From the NCBI GenBank assembly GCA_964476445.1, contig CAYZAK010000004.1, forward strand, positions 491 to 64,490: a stretch of DNA of 64,000 nucleotides, written 5' to 3'. Position 1 is the first letter of the stretch. Every line of letters begins with the position of its first letter. Below, in pieces: positions 56,443 through 64,000 of the stretch. The notes under the pieces are model-generated. The model searched no databases. It had not been told where the DNA came from and saw only the letters and a program-made list of their open reading frames with translations. The position numbers and the translations under genes were made by a program. The stretch comes from an uncultured bacterium (GTDB taxonomy: Bacteria; CG03; SLGR01; JAGXOG01).

Positions 56443-57705
56443 ATGAAAAAAGGTTTAAAGCTGAAAAGCCGAAAACATTCCACCCGGTTTAAAAGGATAG
56501 AAAAGATTCCTGTACCCGGTGAAGTATTACTTCATCTCGACCAGCATATAGGCGCTCCGTCTCGGGCGATGGTAAATAAAGGAGATAAAGTTAAAAAAGG
56601 AACGATGGTGGCTGAGGCTTCCGAAGGCTGTTCGGCGGCGCTGCACTCCCCTATTGCCGGTATTGTAAAAGATATAGGTCCGTATCCCCGGCTCGATGGT
56701 CAAATATCCCCTGCGATAGCTATTAAAAAGAGCGGCGACCAGAAAAAAGATTATATGGAACCCGTAGAGGATATTACCCCGGAAAATATTTATGAAAGAA
56801 TAAGAGAATCCGGAATAGTAGGTATGGGGGGAGCGGGTTTTCCGGCTCACGTAAAATTGAAACCCCCCGTGGAAGTGATAACTTCTTTTTTAAACGGTTG
56901 CGAATGTGAGCCCTACCTTACCGCCGATGAAAGAATTATGGATGAAGAAGCAAAGAAAATTGTTCGGGGATTTGACTATGTAAGACAGGCTGTGGGTGCC
57001 CGGGAAGGTGTAATAGGAATAGAGGCCGATAAAGAGGATGCCATAAAAAGTATGAAAAGTTTCGTCGCCCGTCATAAAAATATCCGGGTGGAGGTGGTTC
57101 CAAAAGTTTATCCCCAGGGTTATGAAAAAATGCTGATAAGCAAAGTAACAGGCCGGGAAGTGCCGTCCGGGGGTTTGCCCCATGATGTGGGGGTTTCAGT
57201 TCACAACGCGGCGACCTGTATGGCCGTGTACGAAAGTATAGCCGAAGGAAAACCTCTTATAGAGAGAGTTCTTACGGTCAGCGGAAACAGGATGGTAAAA
57301 ACCGGTAATGTAAGGGTTCCTCTGGGAGTATCCTTTGGTGAAATTATTGACTACTATGATTTTCAAAGGTCAGATAGTGGGTTCGAACTTTTTGCAGGAG
57401 GACCGATGATGGGTACGCCGGTGGATTCTTTGGAAGTTCCGGTAGAGAAAACTACTTCCGGCATTCTTATAAACCGGGCCCGGTCTATCGGAAGTGAACC
57501 ATGTATAAGGTGCGGTAAATGTGTAAATGTATGCCCGATGGGGCTTGTTCCCCAGGAGCTGAATAAATACTTTGAGGGGCTGGATTATGAAAGGATAAAG
57601 GAGGCGGGGCTGGAGGATTGCATGGAGTGCGGTAGCTGTACGTATAAATGTCCTTCGGATATTTCTTTAACTTACAATTTTAAGATAGCCAAAACCAAGT
57701 TGTGA
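56443..57705 (+). CDS. rnfC: Rnf electron-transport complex subunit C
   Basis: NADH/FMN-binding GMGGAGFPAHVKL. Two 4Fe-4S motifs CIRCGKCVNVCP and CMECGSCTYKCP. 420 aa. Confidence 0.85.
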   Translation: MKKGLKLKSRKHSTRFKRIEKIPVPGEVLLHLDQHIGAPSRAMVNKGDKVKKGTMVAEASEGCSAALHSPIAGIVKDIGPYPRLDGQISPAIAIKKSGDQKKDYMEPVEDITPENIYERIRESGIVGMGGAGFPAHVKLKPPVEVITSFLNGCECEPYLTADERIMDEEAKKIVRGFDYVRQAVGAREGVIGIEADKEDAIKSMKSFVARHKNIRVEVVPKVYPQGYEKMLISKVTGREVPSGGLPHDVGVSVHNAATCMAVYESIAEGKPLIERVLTVSGNRMVKTGNVRVPLGVSFGEIIDYYDFQRSDSGFELFAGGPMMGTPVDSLEVPVEKTTSGILINRARSIGSEPCIRCGKCVNVCPMGLVPQELNKYFEGLDYERIKEAGLEDCMECGSCTYKCPSDISLTYNFKIAKTKL

Positions 57706-58223
57706 AAAATAAAAATTCAAATTTCAATATGATTCTTATCCTAGCCGGGGTCTGTTTAATTTCGGCCGGTATTTTGGGTTTACTGTACTCAGAGACCAGG
57801 GAAAAAATTGAACAGAACCGACAAAAGAGAATTGAGAAATCTGTTTACGAAGTTATCCCCGGCATAGACAGTTATGAAGGGTCGGGAGAAGATATAAAAT
57901 CATTTAAAGGGAAAAAAGGAGATCATGTAGTCGGTTACGCTGTGTTAACTGAAGGTATGGGATTTCAGGGAGAGATAGAGCTTATAGTAGGTGTAGCCAG
58001 CAATATGAGGAGTATAACCGGGGTCCGGGTATTGGATTCGGTAGAAACCCCCGGACTGGGAAATAAAATTGCCTCAAAAGAATTTTTAAATCAGTTTGAC
58101 GGTTTAAAGATACCCCGCCAAAAAGGTATTGAAGTGGAGGCCATAACGGGAGCCACAATCTCCTCTCAGTCCGTACAGAGAATAATAAACGAGGCCATAG
58201 AAGATGCTAAAAGAATTCATTAA
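57702..58223 (+). CDS. rnfG: Rnf complex subunit G (FMN-binding)
   Basis: N-terminal TM anchor. FMN_bind domain with the flavinylation-site context ITGATISSQSV. GTG start overlapping the rnfC stop. An alternative ATG exists at 57729. Confidence 0.75.
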   Translation: MKNKNSNFNMILILAGVCLISAGILGLLYSETREKIEQNRQKRIEKSVYEVIPGIDSYEGSGEDIKSFKGKKGDHVVGYAVLTEGMGFQGEIELIVGVASNMRSITGVRVLDSVETPGLGNKIASKEFLNQFDGLKIPRQKGIEVEAITGATISSQSVQRIINEAIEDAKRIH

Positions 58224-58794
58224 AGGACTCTGGGAAGAAAACCCTGTTTTATGTCAGTTGCTGGGCATGTGTCCCACCCTGGCGGTAACCACTTCGGCTA
58301 TAAACGGGTTGTCCATGGGGGCGGCTACAACTTTTGTGGTAGTGAGTTCGGGGATAGTGATATCCCTGTTTAGAAACGCCATACCCGATAACGTGCGTAT
58401 ACCTGTGTTTACCGTGGTAATAGCTACTTTTGTCACGGTGGTGGATATGACTTTAAAAGCCTATTTTCCAGATATATCCAGAGCTTTAGGCCCGTATGTG
58501 CCCTTAATAGTGGTAAACTGCCTTATCTTAGGCAGGCAGGAAGCTTTTACTTCCAAGAACCCCGTTTCCCTGGCAATAAGCGATACCCTGGGCATGGGGC
58601 TGGGGTTTACCTGGCTTCTTACCGTACTGGGTTCGATACGGGAAATTTTGGGATCCGGCAGCCTGATGGGAATAAATATAATGCCCTCTAATTTTAGACC
58701 GTGGGTGGTTATGGTTCTGCCGGCAGGGGCTTTTATAACCCTGGGTTTCCTGGCAGCTCTTTATAACTACATTAATCGTAGACGGAGATGTTAG
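58204..58794 (+). CDS. rnfE: Rnf complex subunit E (NqrD/RnfE family)
   Basis: NPVLCQLLGMCPTLAVTTS signature start of RnfE/NqrD. Six TM helices. Confidence 0.8.
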   Translation: MLKEFIKGLWEENPVLCQLLGMCPTLAVTTSAINGLSMGAATTFVVVSSGIVISLFRNAIPDNVRIPVFTVVIATFVTVVDMTLKAYFPDISRALGPYVPLIVVNCLILGRQEAFTSKNPVSLAISDTLGMGLGFTWLLTVLGSIREILGSGSLMGINIMPSNFRPWVVMVLPAGAFITLGFLAALYNYINRRRRC

Positions 58795-59384
58795 GAATGA
58801 ATCTGGCAACCATATTTATATCAGCGGTCTTAGTAAACAACTTTGTACTTTACTATTTTCTGGGCATATGTCCTTTTTTAGGGGTATCCAACCGTATAGA
58901 TTCGTCGCTGGGCATAGGTATGGCCACAACTTTTGTCATGACCATGACTTCTCTGGTAACCTGGCCGCTTTACTACTATATAATTTCACCCGAGACGGGA
59001 CTGGACCTTCCTTTTTTAGAATACGTGGTTTTTATTCTTGTAATAGCTTCTTTAGTTCAGTTTGTGGAGATGTTTTTAAGAAAAAACTTTAAGAAACTGT
59101 ACAAGGCTCTGGGTATATATCTTCCTCTAATAACTACAAACTGCGCTATTCTGGGTATGGCTTTATTTATGGTGTTAAGAGATTATAATTATTTACAGAG
59201 CATGGTTTTCGGTTTTGGTGCGGGGGTGGGGTTTACCCTGGTAATTACCATAATGGCCGGAATTAGGGAAGAGTTAAAATATGCTCCCGTTCCCGATGTT
59301 TTTAAAGGAGCTCCGGTAACTTTGATTACCGCCGGCCTGCTGGCCCTGGCCTTTATGGGTTTTACGGGAATGATTACTCCTTAG
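58788..59384 (+). CDS. rnfA: Rnf complex subunit A (NqrE/RnfA family)
   Basis: FISAVLVNNFVLYYFLGICPFLGVS signature start of RnfA/NqrE. Six TM helices. Confidence 0.8.
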   Translation: MLGMNLATIFISAVLVNNFVLYYFLGICPFLGVSNRIDSSLGIGMATTFVMTMTSLVTWPLYYYIISPETGLDLPFLEYVVFILVIASLVQFVEMFLRKNFKKLYKALGIYLPLITTNCAILGMALFMVLRDYNYLQSMVFGFGAGVGFTLVITIMAGIREELKYAPVPDVFKGAPVTLITAGLLALAFMGFTGMITP

Positions 59385-59387
59385 AAA

Positions 59388-60185
59388 ATGACAGTCTTAT
59401 ACAGCGTTTTAGTTTTTGGGATAATAGGTCTGGCGGCGGGGGTGATACTGGTAATATCCTACGGAAAGCTTAAGGTATCGGAAACCCCCGACATTAAAAA
59501 AGTTTCTCGGGTTTTACCCGGAGTTAACTGCGGGGCATGCGGCTACGCTTCATGTCACGAATACGCTGTTTCCGTGGTAGAGGGTAAAGCAGAAATAAAT
59601 GAGTGTATTCCAGGAGGCGACAAGACTGCTGAAAAAATAGGAAAAATACTTGGCCTGGAGTCTGAAGCCGGCGGGCAGTTTAAAGCAGTTGTAAAATGCG
59701 GTGTCCGGGACAGAAAATACAATGCCCGGTACAAAGGCCCGAAAAGTTGCGTTGCTGCTGATTTAGTCGCCGGCGGTCTCAGCTGTAAATACGGGTGTTT
59801 CGGATACGGTGATTGTGTTGAAGTGTGTCCTTTTGACGCTATTTATTTAAATGAGAATAATTTACCTAAAGTAGATTTTAAAAAATGTACCGGTTGCGGT
59901 CTCTGCGTTAAAGCCTGCCCCAGGAATATAATAGAGTTAGTTGAACCGGAAAAGAATAGAATAGTTTATGTAGGTTGTTCCAGCAAACAGAGCGGTAAGA
60001 ATACCCGGACTGTTTGCGATTCGGGTTGCATAGGATGTAAAATCTGTGAAAAACAGGGTCCGGAAGGAATGTTTAAGGTAGAAGATAATCTAGCCGGAGT
60101 GAAAATACAGAATCAAAAGGCGGATACAGATAAGATAAAATGTCCCCCCGGATGTATTTATGAATTCTCCAAAGATAACGGTTAA
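59388..60185 (+). CDS. rnfB: Rnf complex subunit B (polyferredoxin)
   Basis: N-terminal TM anchor. C-x2-C-x4-C-x..C cluster (GVNCGACGYASCHEYA). Two 4Fe-4S ferredoxin motifs (CFGYGDCVEVCP, CTGCGLCVKACP). Further C-x2-C pairs. Confidence 0.8.
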   Translation: MTVLYSVLVFGIIGLAAGVILVISYGKLKVSETPDIKKVSRVLPGVNCGACGYASCHEYAVSVVEGKAEINECIPGGDKTAEKIGKILGLESEAGGQFKAVVKCGVRDRKYNARYKGPKSCVAADLVAGGLSCKYGCFGYGDCVEVCPFDAIYLNENNLPKVDFKKCTGCGLCVKACPRNIIELVEPEKNRIVYVGCSSKQSGKNTRTVCDSGCIGCKICEKQGPEGMFKVEDNLAGVKIQNQKADTDKIKCPPGCIYEFSKDNG

Positions 60186-60555
60186 AGGAAGGGTAGTCCG
60201 GGTTTTTGAGCAGAAAATTGAGATAAAAATTTTAAATCCCGACCGGTGCGAAGAATGCGGACTCTGTCTTGAAGATAATAAAAGCCTTACTGTTTCTGTA
60301 GAAAATAATTTTAACAAAAACGATAATGTAAACGTTGAGTTTGACTGTAATATTATGAGGAGAATAATATTCTGGCTTTATTTTGTTCCCGCTTTATGTC
60401 TAATAGCGGGATTTACCGGGGGGTATATTTTTTGGGGCAACTGGGGCGGTTTTATTGGCGGGATGTTATCTTTAGGCGCAGGGTACTGGGGAGTTAAAAA
60501 GCTAACTTCCGGGTTTAAAAATAAAATAAAGGTGAGCAAAGATGAAAAAGGATAA
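60160..60555 (+). CDS. RseC/MucC-family protein (SoxR-reducing-system-associated small membrane protein)
   Basis: N-terminal beta-rich segment with a C-x2-C-x2-C pair (RCEECGLC). Two C-terminal TM helices rich in G/W/Y. About 130 aa. Overlaps the rnfB 3' end by 26 nt. Confidence 0.5.
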   Translation: MNSPKITVKGRVVRVFEQKIEIKILNPDRCEECGLCLEDNKSLTVSVENNFNKNDNVNVEFDCNIMRRIIFWLYFVPALCLIAGFTGGYIFWGNWGGFIGGMLSLGAGYWGVKKLTSGFKNKIKVSKDEKG

Positions 60556-61483
60556 AAGATATTTTAATTACTCCAGGTATTTAGAACACATGTTTGGGGG
60601 TAAGGTTTACAAAGTAAGTGTTGACGCGGGTTTTGATTGTCCCAATCTTGACGGAAAGGAGAGCGACACCGGGTGTATATACTGCGATAATAAAGCATTC
60701 AGTTACCACACTCAAAGGGATAGAAAACCTCTTGAAGAACAGATAAAGACCGGTATGTCGTTTATGGAAAAACGTTACGGTGCCAAAAAGTTTATAGTAT
60801 ATTTTCAGGCCCGGACTAATACCTATACCAAACCTGATATTTTAAGAGAGAAGCTGGATGTTATTAAAAAATTTGAAAGGGTAGTTGGGATATCAATAGG
60901 TACAAGACCGGATTATGTCAATGCCGCCATTCTTGATGTTATAGATGAATATTCCGGGAATTACGAGATATGGATGGAATACGGCCTACAGAGTATACAC
61001 AATAAAACTTTAAATGAGATTAACCGTAACCATTCTTACCAGAATTTTATCCAGGCGGTGGAGCTTACCCGCCATTATGATAAATTTAAAATCTGCGCCC
61101 ATATAATACTGGGACTTCCCGGGGAGACAAAAGAAAATATGCTGGAAACAGCCAGGGAATTAGCCCGTTTAAAACTTGAAGGGGTCAAAATACATCCTCT
61201 GTACGTAGTAAAGGATACCCCCCTTGAAAAACTATATGACGAGGGAAAATTTTCACCTCTCTCACAGTATGAATATATAGAAATTATTTCCCGGGTTCTA
61301 TCCCTGCTTCATCCGGATACGGTAATACAGAGAGTTACTGCCTCCTGCTCTCCTGAGTATCTGGTTGCTCCGGAGTGGATAAATAATAGAAATGAGTTAC
61401 TTAAAGCCTTAGACATCAAGCTTGAAAAGGACGGTTTGTGGCAGGGTAAAAAATACAGTTATGTTGAAAGAGACGCCAGGTAA
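60542..61483 (+). CDS. Radical SAM protein, TIGR01212 (YhcC-like) family
   Basis: [16 protein letters not shown] cysteine motif near the N-terminus. TIM-barrel-like GISIGTRPD and LGLPGET. 313 aa. Confidence 0.7.
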   Translation: MKKDKRYFNYSRYLEHMFGGKVYKVSVDAGFDCPNLDGKESDTGCIYCDNKAFSYHTQRDRKPLEEQIKTGMSFMEKRYGAKKFIVYFQARTNTYTKPDILREKLDVIKKFERVVGISIGTRPDYVNAAILDVIDEYSGNYEIWMEYGLQSIHNKTLNEINRNHSYQNFIQAVELTRHYDKFKICAHIILGLPGETKENMLETARELARLKLEGVKIHPLYVVKDTPLEKLYDEGKFSPLSQYEYIEIISRVLSLLHPDTVIQRVTASCSPEYLVAPEWINNRNELLKALDIKLEKDGLWQGKKYSYVERDAR

Positions 61484-63329
61484 ATATCAGATTATAGTAG
61501 TCGGCGGCGGTCACGGCGGAACAGAGGCGGCTTACATAGGGGCTCGCATGGGCTGTACCACTGCCCTGGTAACTTTTGAAAAAGATAACTTGGGAATGAT
61601 GTCCTGTAATCCGGCTATAGGGGGAGTGGGAAAAGGTCAGCTGGTAAGGGAAATCGATGCTCTGGGTGGAATAATGGCCCGAGCGGCCGACTATGGGCTT
61701 ATACATTATAAAAAGTTAAATACTTCTAAGGGACCAGCGGTTCAATCTTCCCGGGCCCAGGAAGACAGAGACAGATACAAAAAGTATATTTACACCACCT
61801 TAACCTCCCTTGAAAATCTGGATATAATTGAGGCCGGTGCTCAAGAAATAATATTTAAAAAAAAGAAAGCGGTGGGCATTCGTACAAATTTAGGAAAAAA
61901 GATATACGGAGAAAAAATTGTAGTTACTCCGGGAACTTTTTTAAACGGTATGATGCATGTGGGAATGGAAAATTTTTCCGGCGGGCGGATTAACGAACCG
62001 TCCTCAAAAGGTTTGGCCGGTTCCATAAAACAGGCCGGCTTTAATACTATGAGATTTAAAACGGGTACCTGTCCCCGCTTAGAAGGAAAGACTATTAACT
62101 TTGACCTTTTAAAGGAGCAAGAAGGAGATGGATTTATAGATCCTTTTTCCCTACTGACGGATAAAAAACTTAAGAACAGGATAGTATGCCATATAACCCA
62201 CACCAATAAAAAGACCCATGCCATTATAAAAGAGGGATTTGACAAATCCCCTCTGATGACCGGAAAAATAGAGGGTACCGGAGTTCGTTATTGCCCCTCG
62301 GTTGAGGATAAAATCGAAAAATTTCCAGATATGAACAGCCACCATATATTTCTTGAACCGGAGGGACTGGATACGGACTGGTACTATCCCAACGGGATTT
62401 CAACCAGTTTACCCCGGGAGGTGCAGGAAAAGTTTATTCGAACAATTCCGGGTCTTGAGAACGTAAAAATAGCAAGGTTTGGGTACGGTATAGAGCATGA
62501 TGTAGTCGATCCTCGGGAACTTAAACCCACTCTTGAAACTAAACGGGTAAAAAATCTATATTTTGCCGGCCAGATTAACGGGACTACCGGTTATGAAGAG
62601 GCCGCGGCCCAGGGATTAATAGCCGGTATAAACGCTGTTTTGAGTATAAAAGGCGCCGATCCTTTTGTGCTTAAAAGACATCAGGCCTACATAGGAGTTT
62701 TAATAGATGATTTGATTACCAAAGGTACTCGGGAGCCTTACCGTATGTTTACCTCCAGAGTGGAATACAGGCTTCGTTTAAGGGAGGACAATGCGTATTT
62801 AAGATTGGCAAAAAAAGGTTTTAAGCTGGGAAGCACCGGAAAAAAACTTTACAAAAAAGTTAAAAATTTTAAAGAATATTTAGAAAAAGCCCGTAAAATT
62901 ACAGAAGAAATAAAAGTTAATCCAGAATCCGAATTTGGCCGGAAATTTAAATTTTCCGGGGTAAAATCTGTAAAAGAATTACTTAAAAATCCTAAAATAA
63001 ACTGGTCGGATATTAAAAATTATTCCGAAAAAATAAAAAATATACCCGGAAAATTGGGGCGGGAGCTGGATATCCAGACAAAATACGAAGGTTATATAAA
63101 AAGAGAACAGAATAAAATAGATAAGTTAAAAGATCTCGAGAACTGCAAATTGCCCGAAAATATAAATTACCGGAAAGTGGAGGGGCTGTCTAACGAAGAA
63201 ATAGAAAAATTAAGCCGGGTCAAACCGGATAATTTGGCCCGGTCTTCCAGGATACCGGGAGTTACTCCCGCGGCGGTATCCATACTTAGAGTATATTTAA
63301 AGGGTAGAAAAAGAAATACTAAAAAATAA
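61461..63329 (+). CDS. mnmG: tRNA uridine 5-carboxymethylaminomethyl modification enzyme MnmG (GidA)
   Basis: FAD site [25 protein letters not shown] and GYEEAAAQG conserved blocks. C-terminal MnmE-interaction helix. The ATG at 61461 is preferred over the track start at 61422, which overlaps the upstream gene by 62 nt. Confidence 0.9.
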   Translation: MLKETPGKYQIIVVGGGHGGTEAAYIGARMGCTTALVTFEKDNLGMMSCNPAIGGVGKGQLVREIDALGGIMARAADYGLIHYKKLNTSKGPAVQSSRAQEDRDRYKKYIYTTLTSLENLDIIEAGAQEIIFKKKKAVGIRTNLGKKIYGEKIVVTPGTFLNGMMHVGMENFSGGRINEPSSKGLAGSIKQAGFNTMRFKTGTCPRLEGKTINFDLLKEQEGDGFIDPFSLLTDKKLKNRIVCHITHTNKKTHAIIKEGFDKSPLMTGKIEGTGVRYCPSVEDKIEKFPDMNSHHIFLEPEGLDTDWYYPNGISTSLPREVQEKFIRTIPGLENVKIARFGYGIEHDVVDPRELKPTLETKRVKNLYFAGQINGTTGYEEAAAQGLIAGINAVLSIKGADPFVLKRHQAYIGVLIDDLITKGTREPYRMFTSRVEYRLRLREDNAYLRLAKKGFKLGSTGKKLYKKVKNFKEYLEKARKITEEIKVNPESEFGRKFKFSGVKSVKELLKNPKINWSDIKNYSEKIKNIPGKLGRELDIQTKYEGYIKREQNKIDKLKDLENCKLPENINYRKVEGLSNEEIEKLSRVKPDNLARSSRIPGVTPAAVSILRVYLKGRKRNTKK

Positions 63330-63358
63330 GAGGTGAGTCATTCAACCGGTGAAAATCT

Positions 63359-63721
63359 GTGGAAACTAATAAAAACAGGGGAAAGGAAAAAAGAAAATTT
63401 ATCCGGGTAAAATTCAGCATTCCGTTAAGGATTGAAACTCCGGATATTACCTACTCAAGCTGTGAAGGTAATTTAAAAAACGTCAGCGCCGACGGTGCTA
63501 TGGTTGAACTGCCCCGGCGGTTAACTACGGGATTACTTGTAAAAATAAATTTTAGTCTGGACAAAGAAGAAGCCTCTCTTGTAGGATATGTAAAGTGGCA
63601 GAGAAAGCACAAAGATAATTACCGCATAGGAATAAAATTTGACCATAGTTGTGCCGAACAAAACGATCGTACGGTGACCGCCATAACCCAAAAAATTATT
63701 AATAAAAATAAAAACCGTTAA
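63359..63721 (+). CDS. PilZ-domain protein (putative c-di-GMP receptor)
   Basis: RKFIRV (RxxxR) followed by NVSADGAMV (D/NxSxGG-like). 120 aa single-domain. GTG start. Confidence 0.5.
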   Translation: METNKNRGKEKRKFIRVKFSIPLRIETPDITYSSCEGNLKNVSADGAMVELPRRLTTGLLVKINFSLDKEEASLVGYVKWQRKHKDNYRIGIKFDHSCAEQNDRTVTAITQKIINKNKNR

Positions 63722-63836
63722 GCCGGAAAGAAGAATTATAGTTAGGGGATATTGACATAAATTAAAAAATTTGTTAAAAAAATATTGACTGAAGAATAAG
63801 TTTTGAATTATATTTATTAAATTAAGGAGGAAAGAT

Positions 63837-64000
63837 GGGAGAAAAAGTAGCAAAAGCAGGTGTAGACAAAAAGAGTGGGTATCTTTATTTTGTGGATAAA
63901 GACGGAGATATTTCTGAAGTAAAAATGGCTCGTGGGGGTAAAGGAAAAGGAAAACCTCAAAAAGTGGCCGATACTGGAGTTGATAAAGAATCAGGGTATC
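63837..64000 (+). CDS. Hypothetical protein, 5'-partial view only (continues past the window end), with repeated GVDK(K/E)SGY motifs
   Basis: Strong AAGGAGG RBS 8 nt upstream of ATG. Two copies of (A/T)GVDK(K/E)SGY spaced about 40 aa apart within the 54 visible residues. Confidence 0.35.

Noticed and set aside
58868-59092. 74-aa + strand ORF inside rnfA in another frame
   Set aside because: It overlaps the conserved RnfA frame. There is no motif support.

Overview
This is a 64 kb chromosomal fragment from a low-GC (roughly 35-40%) Gram-negative bacterium. I called about 58 genes and all of them are on the + strand, tightly packed, with many 4-14 nt start/stop overlaps and several TTG/GTG starts. 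Two giant secreted proteins end in type IX secretion (T9SS, Por) C-terminal sorting domains and two outer-membrane beta-barrels look PorV/FadL-like, which points to the Fibrobacteres-Chlorobi-Bacteroidetes (FCB) superphylum, possibly an uncultivated lineage.

Layout, start to end:
1. 0.1-12.8 kb: a glycan (LPS-core or EPS-type) biosynthesis and decoration locus. It has five GT4 glycosyltransferase modules (one gene is a tandem GT4-GT4 fusion), a GT9 heptosyltransferase-like gene, a sulfotransferase, a CDP-alcohol phosphatidyltransferase-like membrane protein, a SAM methyltransferase, an ExeA/GspA-like AAA ATPase, a DegT-type sugar aminotransferase, a radical-SAM/SPASM enzyme and a WbqC-like protein.
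2. 12.9-13.1 kb: tRNA-Lys(CTT) and tRNA-Leu(TAG).
3. 13.2-28.8 kb: housekeeping genes: tig-clpP-clpX-lon-serA, tRNA-Lys(TTT), a DUF2061-like gene, rpmE-prfA-prmC-murA, hisD-hisC-hisB-hisA-hisI and thiE.
4. 29.0-37.1 kb: a dense signalling island built around a KaiA-less kaiB-kaiC pair. The order is orphan receiver domain (REC), an 890-aa membrane PAS histidine kinase, kaiB, kaiC, a paralogous 342-aa PAS kinase, a REC-GAF-kinase hybrid, and an HTH-REC regulator.
5. 37.1-55.5 kb: a Kelch/FN3 T9SS cargo protein (1359 aa), a REC, a PorV-like barrel with a coiled-coil tail, a TPR/TM protein, a CHASE2 adenylate cyclase with a FecR-like protein and an outer-membrane protein, a 1686-aa CarboxypepD_reg-repeat T9SS cargo protein, and a second PorV-like barrel.
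6. 55.6-64.0 kb: purU, rnfC-rnfG-rnfE-rnfA-rnfB (no rnfD) followed by an RseC-like gene, a TIGR01212-type radical SAM gene, mnmG, a PilZ gene and a partial repeat protein.

The most interesting candidate is the KaiBC-centred multi-kinase module. All calls rest on motif reading by eye, with no database search.
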